Shown: one piece after another, positions 53,712 to 64,000 of the stretch
Numbering within the stretch: position 1 is the stretch's first letter
Layout: every line of letters begins with the position of its first letter
NCBI RefSeq assembly: GCF_057098645.1
Contig: NZ_CM169472.1
Direction: 5' to 3' (one strand)
Length of the DNA stretch: 64,000 bases
The notes under the pieces: model-generated
The model's database searches: none
What the model was told of the DNA's origin: nothing
What the model saw: only the letters and a program-made list of their open reading frames with translations
Position numbers and translations under genes: made by a program

Positions 53712-53738
53712 AACCGCGTCACTGACGCGGTTTTTTTA
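53712..53738 (+). terminator. Rho-independent terminator of dmlA
   Basis: AACCGCGTCA-CTGACGCGGTTTTTTTATT: hairpin plus T-run 20 nt after the stop. Confidence 0.6.
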
Positions 53739-53942
53739 TTCGTTCTTTGCAGTTAATAACCTGCGTCATTTCACCTTTTATTGTTTCCGTTTCGTGTTTT
53801 ATGGCTTTCCGTATTCTTAATTGTTTAATTTATGTAACATGCAAATAATCAATTTGTTAAACACAACATACAACTCATTACCCTGCAAATAATTACAACT
53901 GGCAAAAGCCAGAGACGGGCTTTTATGCCCAGGAGATGACTC

Positions 53943-55553
53943 ATGATGAGCAATGTTAAGAAAAAAGATGTGCCGCTGATAAGCATCAGCCTGGTGGCCA
54001 TTCTTTTCATCGCAGCTGCATTAAGCCTTTTCCCACAACAATCGACCGACGCGGCCAACGCAATATACACTTTTGTTACGCGTACGTTAGGTTCCGCAGT
54101 ACAGGTATTGGTTTTGCTGGCAATGGGACTGGTGATTTATTTAGCCACCAGTAAATACGGCAATATTCGTCTTGGCGAAGGAAAACCGGAATACAGCACG
54201 CTCTCCTGGCTGTTTATGTTTATTTGTGCCGGTTTAGGTTCTTCTACGCTTTATTGGGGGGTTGCTGAATGGGCCTATTATTATCAAACGCCTGGATTAA
54301 ATATCGCACCGCGTTCACAACAGGCACTCGAATTTAGCGTCCCTTACTCCTTCTTCCACTGGGGCATCAGCGCCTGGGCAACTTATACGCTGGCCTCATT
54401 AATCATGGCTTATCACTTTCATGTGCGGAAAAACAAAGGTCTGAGTCTTTCCGGCATTATTGCCGCGATTACCGGCGTTCGCCCGCAAGGCCCATGGGGA
54501 AAACTGGTTGATTTGATGTTCCTGATCGCCACTGTCGGCGCACTGACTATTTCCCTTGTTGTCACCGCAGCAACCTTTACTCGTGGACTTTCCGCACTGA
54601 CCGGTTTACCCGATAACTTCACCGTGCAGGCATTTGTGATCCTGCTTTCCGGCGGCATTTTTTGCCTAAGCTCATGGATTGGTATCAACAACGGTTTGCA
54701 ACGTCTGAGCAAAATGGTTGGCTGGGGCGCGTTCCTGCTGCCATTACTGGTGCTGATTGTCGGTCCAACCGAATTTATTACCAACAGCATCATCAATGCC
54801 ATCGGCCTGACCACGCAAAACTTCCTGCAAATGAGCTTATTCACCGATCCGCTTGGCGATGGTTCATTTACCCGCAACTGGACCGTTTTCTACTGGCTGT
54901 GGTGGATCTCATACACCCCTGGCGTAGCAATGTTTGTCACCCGCGTTTCCCGCGGTCGTAAGATTAAAGAAGTTATCTGGGGACTGATCCTCGGCAGCAC
55001 CGTCGGTTGCTGGTTCTTCTTCGGCGTAATGGAAAGCTATGCCATTCATCAGTTTATCAATGGCGTAATCAACGTCCCACAGGTGCTGGAAACACTGGGC
55101 GGCGAAACAGCTGTACAGCAAGTTCTGATGTCGTTGCCAGCCGGTAAATTGTTCCTCGCCGCATACCTGGGCGTGATGATTATTTTCCTTGCCTCGCATA
55201 TGGATGCAGTGGCCTAAACCATGGCGGCGACCAGTACGCGTAATCTCCAGGAAGGTGACGATCCTGACCGTGGGCTGCGTCTTTTCTGGTGCGTGGTGAT
55301 CACTCTGATCCCGCTTTCCATCTTGTTTACCGGTGCTTCGCTGGAAACGATGAAAACCACCGTCGTGCTCACAGCCCTTCCCTTCCTCGTCATTTTACTG
55401 GTGAAAGTCGGCGGATTTATTCGCTGGCTGAAACAGGATTACGCCGACATTCCGGCTCATCAAGTTGAACATTATCTCCCGCAGACACCGGTTGAAGCCC
55501 TGGAAAAAACACCAGTGCTCCCTGCGGGAACCGTATTCAAAGGCGACAACTGA
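53943..55553 (+). pseudogene. yeaV: BCCT-family transporter gene interrupted by an in-frame TAA at 55215-55217
   Basis: ORFs 53943-55217 and 55221-55553 are in the same frame; the downstream ORF encodes the conserved final TM segments; the stop sits where BCCT transporters have a conserved Tyr (CaiT SYTLAMS), consistent with TAT/TAC to TAA. Confidence 0.6.
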
Positions 55554-55584
55554 GCGCCATCATCCTAACGATAAAGGTATCCCT

Positions 55585-56709
55585 ATGAGCAATCTGAGCC
55601 CTGACTTTGTACTACCCGAAAATTTTTGCGCTAACCCGCAAGAGGCGTGGACCATTCCTGCCCGTTTTTATACCGATCAGAACGCCTTTGAACACGAAAA
55701 AGAGAACGTCTTCGCCAAAAGCTGGATTTGCGTCGCTCACAGCAGCGAACTGGCGAATGCCAATGATTATGTAACGCGTGAGATCATTGGCGAAAGCATC
55801 GTGCTGGTACGCGGTCGTGATAAGGTTTTGCGCGCGTTCTATAACGTGTGTCCGCACCGTGGTCATCAGTTGTTGAGCGGTGAAGGAAAAGCAAAAAATG
55901 TGATTACCTGCCCATATCACGCATGGGCATTCAAACTCGATGGCAATCTGGCCCATGCACGTAACTGCGAAAACGTCGCCAATTTCGATAGCGACAAAGC
56001 GCAACTGGTTCCGGTGCGTCTGGAAGAATATGCCGGATTCGTCTTCATCAACATGGACCCCAACGCCACCAGCGTAGAAGATCAGTTACCCGGTCTGGGC
56101 GCGAAAGTGCTGGAAGCCTGCCCGGAAGTCCACGATCTGAAACTGGCGGCCCGCTTTACCACCCGTACGCCTGCCAACTGGAAGAACATTGTCGATAACT
56201 ATCTCGAGTGCTATCACTGTGGTCCGGCGCATCCAGGTTTCTCCGACTCCGTACAGATTGATCGTTACTGGCACACCATGCACGGTAACTGGACGCTGCA
56301 ATACGGTTTCGCCAAACCGTCCGAACAGTCGTTTAAATTTGAAGAGGGTACGGATGCGGCATTCCACGGTTTCTGGCTGTGGCCGTGCACGATGCTGAAC
56401 GTCACCCCGATCAAAGGGATGATGACGGTCATTTATGAATTCCCGGTGGATTCTGAAACTACCCTGCAAAACTACGATATTTACTTCACCAATGAAGAGT
56501 TAACCGACGAGCAAAAATCGCTGATTGAGTGGTATCGCGATGTGTTCCGTCCGGAAGATTTACGTCTGGTTGAAAGCGTACAGAAAGGGCTGAAATCGCG
56601 TGGCTATCGTGGTCAGGGGCGCATCATGGCCGACAGTAGCGGTAGCGGCATTTCCGAACATGGTATCGCCCATTTCCATAATCTGCTGGCGCAGGTATTT
56701 AAGGACTAA
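55585..56709 (+). CDS. yeaW: Rieske [2Fe-2S] oxygenase subunit (carnitine monooxygenase CntA-like)
   Basis: 374 aa from internal ATG (MSNLSPDFVLPENF...); Rieske motif CPHRGH...CPYHAW. Confidence 0.9.
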   Translation: MSNLSPDFVLPENFCANPQEAWTIPARFYTDQNAFEHEKENVFAKSWICVAHSSELANANDYVTREIIGESIVLVRGRDKVLRAFYNVCPHRGHQLLSGEGKAKNVITCPYHAWAFKLDGNLAHARNCENVANFDSDKAQLVPVRLEEYAGFVFINMDPNATSVEDQLPGLGAKVLEACPEVHDLKLAARFTTRTPANWKNIVDNYLECYHCGPAHPGFSDSVQIDRYWHTMHGNWTLQYGFAKPSEQSFKFEEGTDAAFHGFWLWPCTMLNVTPIKGMMTVIYEFPVDSETTLQNYDIYFTNEELTDEQKSLIEWYRDVFRPEDLRLVESVQKGLKSRGYRGQGRIMADSSGSGISEHGIAHFHNLLAQVFKD

Positions 56710-56764
56710 TGACATCGGCGGCGGTATTTTCCGCCGCCGGGCTGATTTTTGATGGAGTACAGCA

Positions 56765-57730
56765 ATGTCAGACTATCAAATGTTTGAAGTACAGGTGAGT
56801 CAGGTGGAACCACTTACCGAACAGGTGAAACGCTTCACGCTGGTGGCAACCGATGGCAAACCGCTGCCTGCGTTCACCGGAGGAAGTCACATCATAGTGC
56901 AGATGAGCGATGGTGATAACCAGTACAGCAATGCGTATTCACTACTGAGTTCACCGCATAACACCTCTAGTTATCAGATTGCCGTTCGACTGGAAGAAAA
57001 CTCGCGCGGCGGTTCCCGCTTTTTGCATCAGCAGGTAAAAGTGGGCGATCGGTTAACGATCTCAACGCCTAATAACCTGTTTGCGCTAATTCCCTCAGCC
57101 AGAAAGCATCTGTTTATCGCGGGCGGTATTGGTATCACCCCTTTCCTGTCGCACATGGCAGAGTTGCAACACAGCAACGTCGACTGGCAGCTACATTACT
57201 GCTCGCGAAATCCAGAAAGTTGCGCATTTCGTGATGAGCTAGTCCAGCATCCGCAGGCTGAGAAAGTCCATTTGCATCATTCATCAACCGGAACACGACT
57301 GGAATTAGCGCGATTATTGGCGGATATCGAACCTGGCACACACGTTTATACCTGTGGCCCCGAGGCGCTAATTGAAGCGGTAAGAAGTGAAGCTGCGCGT
57401 CTGGACATCGCCGCCGATACGCTGCACTTTGAGCAATTTGCTATCGAAGACAAAACCGGCGATGCATTTACCCTAGTGCTTGCCCGTTCCGGAAAAGAGT
57501 TTGTGGTGCCGGAAGAGATGACTATTTTGCAGGTTATTGAAAATAATAAAGCCGCGAAAGTGGAATGTTTATGTCGTGAAGGGATATGCGGAACCTGCGA
57601 AACGGCAATACTGGAAGGTGAAGCTGACCATCGGGATCAGTATTTTAGCGATGAAGAGCGTGCCAGCCAGCAAAGTATGTTGATCTGTTGTTCGCGTGCG
57701 AAGGGTAAACGCCTGGTGTTGGATTTGTAG
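56765..57730 (+). CDS. yeaX: Oxygenase reductase subunit (FMN/FAD-NAD binding plus plant-type 2Fe-2S ferredoxin; CntB-like)
   Basis: 321-aa ORF; C-terminal ferredoxin Cys cluster CREGICGTCE. Confidence 0.9.
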   Translation: MSDYQMFEVQVSQVEPLTEQVKRFTLVATDGKPLPAFTGGSHIIVQMSDGDNQYSNAYSLLSSPHNTSSYQIAVRLEENSRGGSRFLHQQVKVGDRLTISTPNNLFALIPSARKHLFIAGGIGITPFLSHMAELQHSNVDWQLHYCSRNPESCAFRDELVQHPQAEKVHLHHSSTGTRLELARLLADIEPGTHVYTCGPEALIEAVRSEAARLDIAADTLHFEQFAIEDKTGDAFTLVLARSGKEFVVPEEMTILQVIENNKAAKVECLCREGICGTCETAILEGEADHRDQYFSDEERASQQSMLICCSRAKGKRLVLDL

Positions 57731-57733
57731 TTT

Positions 57734-57776
57734 GCCGAAGCCGGATGTGGCGCTGAGCGCGCCCAGTCCGGCTTCG
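57734..57776. repeat. REP-like palindrome / hairpin downstream of yeaX
   Basis: GCCGAAGCCGGATGTGGCGCTGAGCGCGCCCAGTCCGGCTTCGG inverted repeat. Confidence 0.4.
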
Positions 57777-57783
57777 GAAGATT

Positions 57784-58911
57784 TTACTGCGGATATTCCT
57801 GCAATAAATTGTGTAATGCTTCCGCCATCAGCTCACCACGCCAGCCGGAAATCAGCTCCGGCAAATTGTTCTGCGGTTTCAGTTTCCAGTGCCAGTTCAG
57901 CAGTTGGTTGATTTGCCGACGCGATGCCAGCAATTCGGCGCTGATATTATGCGTTTCGCTCACGTCAGTAATCAGCGACTTAATCGCTTTAAACGCTTTA
58001 CGATAACCCGGCATGTCCATCAGGTTAAGCATCGGCTGCGGTAAGGCATCTTCCGGCAATGTCTGCGCTTTTTCCACCAGCGCCAGCAGCGTTTTACCGT
58101 GAAAGCGGATTTCGCTACCGGATAAACCCAGGCTGTCCAGTTCGCCTAAACTTCCCGGCATATAACGCGCTACCGACCACAAATGCTCTTCACGCACGAC
58201 AAAGTTCACCGCCAGATCGCGCTCTCGCGCCTTGCGCAGTCGCCAGTCGGCTAACAGTTGCAGACAGGCCAGTTGGCGTGTGCGTAATTGCCAGGCATTG
58301 GTGATATCACGCCAGGCATCTTCCGGCGCAACGACTTCCTGACGACGCATTTGCATCAGGCGACATTCATCCAGCGCCGCTGGTAGCCAGCCGGAGGCCT
58401 CCGTTTCTACCATAAGCTTGGCGGTGATCGGTAACAGATACCAGACATCCGCCGCTGCATATTCACACTGACGTTCGGTCAGCGGTCTGGCCAGCCAGTC
58501 GGTGCGCGATTCACTCTTGTCCAGCGTAACGCCGGAATACTCTTCCACCATGGAAGCGAAACCCCATGACATCGGGCGTCCGCAGAAGGCAGCAAGGATT
58601 TGCGTGTCAATCAGGGGTTGTGGTAATTCGCCAAAGACATTGAGGAACACTTCCAGATCTTCACTGCCTGCATGGAGAAATTTTGTGATGGACGGATCGC
58701 GCAGGATCGCTTTCAGCGGTGACCAGTCGGTGATCCCGAGAGGATCAATTAGCGCCAGATGCTCGCCATCGAAAAGTTGAATCAACCCCAGCTGCGGGTA
58801 ATAAGTGCGCGTACGAACAAATTCAGTATCCAGGGCTATCGCCGGAAAGGCACGGACGGCTTCACACAAAGAAGCCAGCGCATCGTCCGTGGTAATCATT
58901 TGGTAATTCAA
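57784..58911 (-). CDS. rnd: Ribonuclease D
   Basis: 375-aa ORF with 3'-5' exonuclease and HRDC domains. Confidence 0.9.
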   Translation of the reverse strand: MNYQMITTDDALASLCEAVRAFPAIALDTEFVRTRTYYPQLGLIQLFDGEHLALIDPLGITDWSPLKAILRDPSITKFLHAGSEDLEVFLNVFGELPQPLIDTQILAAFCGRPMSWGFASMVEEYSGVTLDKSESRTDWLARPLTERQCEYAAADVWYLLPITAKLMVETEASGWLPAALDECRLMQMRRQEVVAPEDAWRDITNAWQLRTRQLACLQLLADWRLRKARERDLAVNFVVREEHLWSVARYMPGSLGELDSLGLSGSEIRFHGKTLLALVEKAQTLPEDALPQPMLNLMDMPGYRKAFKAIKSLITDVSETHNISAELLASRRQINQLLNWHWKLKPQNNLPELISGWRGELMAEALHNLLQEYPQ

Positions 58912-58980
58912 ATTGTATTCTCTTTAGTGGGCGTCAAAAAAAAAGCCGGATTAACCGGCGTCTGACGACTGACTTAACGC

Positions 58981-60666
58981 TCAGGCTTTATTGTCCACTT
59001 TGCCGCGCGCTTCGTCACGTAATTCTCGTCGCAAAATTTTTCCGACGTTAGATTTCGGTAACTCATCACGAAACTCCACCAGCTTCGGTACTTTGTAGCC
59101 CGTGAGCTGACGGCGGCAAAAGGTCACCAGTGACTCTTCGGTAAGCGATGGATCTTTTTTCACTACGAAGATTTTCACCGCTTCACCACTGGAGCCGGAA
59201 GGTACGCCAACAGCCGCGACTTCCTGTACGCCAGGATGCTGCATGACGACATCTTCAATCTCGTTGGGATAGACGTTAAAACCGGAAACCAGAATCATGT
59301 CTTTTTTACGATCGACAATGCGCAGGAACCCTTCTTCATCCATCACCGCGATGTCGCCGGTGTGTAACCAGCCATTTTTGATGATCTCATCTGTAGCATC
59401 CGGACGCTGCCAGTAACCCAGCATCACCTGCGGTCCTTTGACACAAAGCTCACCCGGTTGACCCGGTGGTACTTCATTATCATCATCATCCACCAGTTTG
59501 GCTTCCGTCGACGGCACCGGCAAACCGATGCTACCACTATGATAATCAATATCATATGGGTTAACGCTGACCAGCGGCGCACACTCGGTAAGGCCATAGC
59601 CTTCCAGCAGATACTGTCCTGTCAGTTTCACCCAACGCTCTGCCACCACTTGCTGCACTGGCATCCCACCGCCTGCGGAAAGATGCAGACTGGAGAAATC
59701 CAGCTGCTGGAACTCTTTATTGTTCAGCAACGCATTGAACAAGGTGTTAACGCCAGTGATAGCGGTAAACGGATATTTCGCTAACTCTTTTACCAACCCT
59801 GGAATATCACGCGGGTTAGTGATAAGCAGGTTCTGCCCACCCAGTTCGATAAACAGCAGGCAGTTAATGGTCAGGGCAAAAATGTGATACAGCGGCAGTG
59901 CCGTTACTACCAGTTCTTTACCTGGATGCAGCAACGGCCCATAGGTAGCGTTGACCTGTTCCAGGTTCGCCAGCATATTGCGGTGAGTCAGCATCGCGCC
60001 TTTCGCCACACCTGTGGTGCCGCCGGTGTATTGCAGGAAGGCTAAATCTTCCGGCACCAGTTCGGGTTTGACGTACTGCATCCGGTAGCCGTTATGCAGT
60101 GCGCTACGAAATGAAATGGCATCTGGCAGATGGTATTTCGGCACCAAACGCTTGATGTATTTAACAACGAAATTGACTACCGTGCCTTTTGCCGTAGATA
60201 GCTGATCGCCCATACGGGTCAGAATTACGTGCTGAACGGCGGTTTTATCAACTACCTTTTCCAGAGTGTGGGCAAAGTTAGACACGATAACAATCGCCGA
60301 TGCGCCACTATCGTTAAGCTGATGCTCAAGCTCGCGCGGGGTATACAACGGGTTGACGTTTACGACAATCATCCCGGCGCGCAAAATGCCAAACAGCGCC
60401 ACTGGATATTGCAATAAGTTAGGCATCATCAGCGCAACGCGATCGCCTTTCTTCAGCCCCAACCCTTGTTGCAAATAAGCGGCAAACGCGCGACTGCGCT
60501 CTTCCAGCTTGCGGAAGGTCATCACCTCCCCCATATTCACAAACGCAGGCTGATCGGCGTAGCGCGCGACCGACTGCTCAAACATATCTACCAGAGATTG
60601 ATAACGGTCAGGGTTGATCTCCGTCGGAACGTCCGCGGGATAACGGTTAAGCCAAACCTTCTTCAA
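58981..60666 (-). CDS. fadD: Long-chain-fatty-acid--CoA ligase
   Basis: ORF 58981-60732; likely TTG start giving 561 aa ([13 protein letters not shown]...); AMP-binding motif [12 protein letters not shown]. Confidence 0.9.
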
Positions 60667-60738
60667 TTCTTCACCTCTAAAATGCGTGTTCGTCGTCATC
60701 GCAACCCCAAATGATATACATGCTGTTAACATAATATT

Positions 60739-60755
60739 AACTCATCATACCAGCT
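60739..60755 (-). promoter_or_regulatory. Candidate FadR operator upstream of fadD (proximal)
   Basis: Minus-strand AGCTGGTATGATGAGTT fits the FadR consensus half-sites (TGGT...ACC-like) recalled for the fadD promoter. Confidence 0.4.
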
Positions 60756-60824
60756 TGATAATTACCCAACGAAAAGGTTGCGAAGCGCGTCACTATTTAT
60801 TTTTATCTTTACCGTAAGAATGCA

Positions 60825-60841
60825 GAAACAGCGGACCAGCC
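60825..60841 (-). promoter_or_regulatory. Candidate FadR operator upstream of fadD (distal), overlapping the yeaY 3' hairpin
   Basis: Minus-strand GGCTGGTCCGCTGTTTC; also part of palindrome GAAACAGCGG-ACCAGC-CGCTGTTTC. Confidence 0.4.
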
Positions 60842-60870
60842 GCTGTTTCTTTTTCTTTAAAAACAAGCAA

Positions 60871-61452
60871 TTATTCAGTTACAACTGTTTGTACTCTCGC
60901 GGGGCCGGGATTATACCAGCCCCATCCGCCGTAGCCATAGGGCCAGCCACGACCGCCATAAAACCATGGATCAATCGGCTGAGGCGGCATAATCACCTGC
61001 TGGGTAAAATGCCAACGTTTGTAACCCGTTACTTGCATCACCATAAATTTATAGGGCGTATTGCCGATTTTGCCGTCAACCGCACCAGTGATTGGCCCGA
61101 CTACCGTAACCAGTTGTCCACGGAAATCCACCGGGTCCAGAAAACCGTTCACATCGGCATAAATGCGACCGCGAGAAGGTTCTCCCAGCGTCGGTCTGGC
61201 TCCGCTGTCCAGCGGTACGGTAGCAATCTCCAGGCGGGTTTTCCCTTGCTGGTTTTGTACCGCAACCACTTTGCCACCAAAGCGTGCCTCCTGACCAACG
61301 TACAGCTGCGGCGCACTCATCACCCGAACTAAATCTTGTTGCGGCGTGGGACTGCTGCCTTTAATGGCGTCCGGCACAGTGACACAACCGCTCAGCATTA
61401 GCGCAAACGTACCTGCCAGTATGCCTTTGATAACATTCTTTTGAACCGCCAT
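60871..61452 (-). CDS. yeaY: Slp-family outer membrane lipoprotein
   Basis: 193-aa ORF with lipobox LSGC. Confidence 0.8.
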   Translation of the reverse strand: MAVQKNVIKGILAGTFALMLSGCVTVPDAIKGSSPTPQQDLVRVMSAPQLYVGQEARFGGKVVAVQNQQGKTRLEIATVPLDSGARPTLGEPSRGRIYADVNGFLDPVDFRGQLVTVVGPITGAVDGKIGNTPYKFMVMQVTGYKRWHFTQQVIMPPQPIDPWFYGGRGWPYGYGGWGWYNPGPARVQTVVTE

Positions 61453-61491
61453 GATGCGACTCCTTTTTTTCTCAGGGCATACTCTTAAGAT

Positions 61492-62187
61492 TCATTCTTT
61501 GCCCGGAAGTTTCTTCCATGCGACGTTGTTACGTAAATAAACCGGTTCGGCATGTTCCACCGCCACCGTTTTACCCTCGGCAAACATCTGACACGCAATC
61601 GGCAGCATATCTTCCGCCGCTGGCAGTAAAACTTCTCCGTCGCGCAAAACCAGCCCGCTCTCTTTACCGAGATCCGGCCAGGCTTGCCAGCCCGTCCCTA
61701 CCGTCACCCATTCGCCGGAAAGCTGTTGCATTCGTTCATGAACGAGTTCGGGTTTGAGTACGGCTTCGGTTTCTTCACCGTGCCAGATACCGTTTTCATC
61801 ACGCTGATATTCGGCCCAGTAAACTTCGCCCATTCGCGCGTCAATGGCTGACAGCACGCGTGTTGCGCCGTTTTTGCGCCACGCCCCTTGCGCCATCGTC
61901 ATTAGCGTGGAGACGCCAATCATCGGTAATTCCGCGCCAAGCGCCAGCCCTTGCGCGATGCCAATACCAATGCGCACGCCGGTAAAGCTACCGGGGCCGC
62001 GCCCGTAAGCCAGAGCGTTAATATCAGTCAGGGAAGTTCCGCTGGTGGTCAGGATATCCTGCACCATCGGTAAGATTCGTTGAGTATGTTCACGAGGGCA
62101 AAGCTCAAAATGAGCGTTGACAGTACCGTCGTTCCACAGGGCGACAGAGCAGGCCTCTGTCGCGGTATCGATAGCCAGAATTCGCAT
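61492..62187 (-). CDS. tsaB: tRNA threonylcarbamoyladenosine biosynthesis protein TsaB (YeaZ)
   Basis: 231-aa ORF starting [17 protein letters not shown] (Kae1/YgjD-family inactive homolog). Confidence 0.9.
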   Translation of the reverse strand: MRILAIDTATEACSVALWNDGTVNAHFELCPREHTQRILPMVQDILTTSGTSLTDINALAYGRGPGSFTGVRIGIGIAQGLALGAELPMIGVSTLMTMAQGAWRKNGATRVLSAIDARMGEVYWAEYQRDENGIWHGEETEAVLKPELVHERMQQLSGEWVTVGTGWQAWPDLGKESGLVLRDGEVLLPAAEDMLPIACQMFAEGKTVAVEHAEPVYLRNNVAWKKLPGKE

Positions 62188-62244
62188 GGGTCTTCGTGCT
62201 TAGATCAATAAAAAGGCGCGCATCATACCATACTCCGTAACAAA

Positions 62245-64000
62245 TTACCTGGAGGATGGTATCGCAAGGAAACGAACCGCACGGGCAATGTCACGGGTGC
62301 GCGGCGCTGGCGGCAGACTGGCGAGAAACGTCGCGCCGTAAGGGCGCATCACCAGCCGGTTGTCGCAAATCACCAAAACCCCGCGATCGTCGGCGTCGCG
62401 AATCAGTCGCCCTACCCCCTGCTTGAGAGTAATGACCGCATCCGGCAGTTGCACTTCATCGAACGGGTCGCCACCGCGCAAACGACAATCTTCCATGCGC
62501 GCTTTTAACAGTGGATCATCCGGCGAGGTAAACGGCAATTTGTCGATAATTACCAATGACAATGTATCGCCACGCACGTCCACCCCTTCCCAGAAACTAC
62601 TGGTTGCCACAAGAAGCGCGTTACCGGCGCTGACAAATTGCTGCAACAGTTGCCCTTTGCTGGTTTCCCCCTGCAACAAAACGGGAAGCGTCATGGTAGC
62701 GCGGAACTGCTCGGCCAGATCGCGCATCATGGCGTGCGAGGTACAAAGCATAAAACAACGACCGTTGTTAGCTTCGATGATCGGTCGCAGCATTGCCGCC
62801 AGTTGCCGTGCACAACCCGGTTGATTGGTTTGCGGCAGGTTGCGCGGCACACAGAGTAACGCCTGGCGGCTGTAATCAAACGGGCTTGGCAATAGCAACG
62901 ACTCCGCCTGTTCTATCCCAAGCCGCGAGGTGAAATGATGCAGATCGTCGTTCACCGACAGCGTTGCTGAGGTGAAGATCCAGCTACCGGGCTTTTGCGC
63001 CATTAACTCTTTGAATTTATCCGCCACGCTGAGCGGCGTGAGAGCCAGAGTAAAATGGCGCGAAGTGCATTCGTACCAGTAGCTGTAGCCCGGCTGATTG
63101 ATCTCTTTTAGCCGCTTCAGCCGTGTGCGATACAACGTGGCGCGCTCAAATGCCGCATCCAGCAAGGCGGAACGCCCCAGTGACAGTTTCGCCACGTCAT
63201 AACAAAGTTCCAGGGTGTCATCGAGCAGTAAAAATGCCCGCTGAATTTGCGGATTAGCTAACAGCTCACGCAGGTTACCGCGATAACCTGGCTCACCGAG
63301 TTGCAGACGAAAATCCTGCGCACTCTGGGCAAGACGATCAGCGCACTTTTGTAACTGCTGGGTGTCTTTTAATTCGGTGCGGTAGGCGATGGTGATGTCT
63401 TTTGCCAGGTCGAGCAGTTGTCGACTGGAGAGTGACTGACCAAAATACTGGCTGGCAATGTCCGGTAGCTGGTGGGCTTCGTCGAAGATCATGACGTCCG
63501 CTTCCGGGATCAGTTCGCCAAATCGACTCTCTTTAACCACCATATCCGCCAGAAAGAGATGATGGTTTACCACCACCACATCGGCGTCCATCGCTTTTTT
63601 ACGTGCTTTGACCACAAAGCAATCTTTATACATCGGGCAGTCGCTGCCAAGACAGTTGTCGTTGGTGCTGGTGACCAGCGGCCACGCCTGTGAATCTTCC
63701 GCCACGCTGACGCAGGTGCTGATATCACCATCGACTGTTTGATTAGACCAGGAGCGCAGCAGGATCACATCGCTTAAGATTTGTACCGGCAGTTCGCCCC
63801 CCGCCAGCGCCTGCTGTTCGAGACGCTCGAGGCAGAGGTAGTTTGAGCGCCCTTTCAGCAGCGCCACGTTGCCCGTATATTTCAATGCCTTTGAGACTGT
63901 TGGCAAATCGCGGCTGTAGAGCTGATCCTGCAACGCTTTTGAGCCGGTCGAGATAATGACTTTCTTTTTCGCCCGCAGCGCAGGAGCCAGGTAAGCGTAG
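62245..64000 (-). CDS. yoaA: DinG-family ATP-dependent helicase YoaA (5' end lies outside the window)
   Basis: Minus-strand frame open from stop 62245-62247 to the window edge; helicase motifs (DEAH-like FDEAHQL). Confidence 0.85.
   Translation of the reverse strand, partial: YAYLAPALRAKKKVIISTGSKALQDQLYSRDLPTVSKALKYTGNVALLKGRSNYLCLERLEQQALAGGELPVQILSDVILLRSWSNQTVDGDISTCVSVAEDSQAWPLVTSTNDNCLGSDCPMYKDCFVVKARKKAMDADVVVVNHHLFLADMVVKESRFGELIPEADVMIFDEAHQLPDIASQYFGQSLSSRQLLDLAKDITIAYRTELKDTQQLQKCADRLAQSAQDFRLQLGEPGYRGNLRELLANPQIQRAFLLLDDTLELCYDVAKLSLGRSALLDAAFERATLYRTRLKRLKEINQPGYSYWYECTSRHFTLALTPLSVADKFKELMAQKPGSWIFTSATLSVNDDLHHFTSRLGIEQAESLLLPSPFDYSRQALLCVPRNLPQTNQPGCARQLAAMLRPIIEANNGRCFMLCTSHAMMRDLAEQFRATMTLPVLLQGETSKGQLLQQFVSAGNALLVATSSFWEGVDVRGDTLSLVIIDKLPFTSPDDPLLKARMEDCRLRGGDPFDEVQLPDAVITLKQGVGRLIRDADDRGVLVICDNRLVMRPYGATFLASLPPAPRTRDIARAVRFLAIPSSR

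Overview
This window looks like enterobacterial (Escherichia coli / Shigella-type) chromosome, syntenic with the K-12 xthA–yoaA segment (xthA, ydjXYZ-ynjABCD, ynjE, ynjF, nudG, ynjH, gdhA, ynjI, topB-selD-ydjA, sppA, ansA-pncA, ydjE-ydjL, yeaC-msrB, gapA-yeaD, yeaE, mipA, yeaG-yeaH, dgcI/dgcJ, yeaK, yeaL-yeaN, yeaO, dgcP, yeaQ, yoaG-yeaR, leuE, dmlR-dmlA, yeaVWX, rnd, fadD, yeaY, tsaB, yoaA). Gene identities were assigned from the supplied translations, conserved gene order and operon structure; the K-12 comparison is from memory and could not be run here. I found no rRNA, tRNA, CRISPR array, prophage or large multi-gene island. Four local departures from the K-12 arrangement stand out: (1) a roughly 0.8 kb single-gene insertion between sppA and ansA encoding a SIMPL/DUF541-like membrane-anchored protein, which is the best candidate for something new; (2) a 2,639-bp IS21-family element (istA/istB) inserted in yeaE with a perfect 7-bp target duplication CACCAGG; (3) a +1 frameshift in an A6 run splitting ynjI; (4) an in-frame TAA interrupting the BCCT transporter gene yeaV. 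The rest is ordinary core genome, including a GGDEF cluster with a degenerate DgcI active site, three tiny membrane proteins, REP/BIME elements and FadR operators at fadD. I do not see a large undescribed system here.
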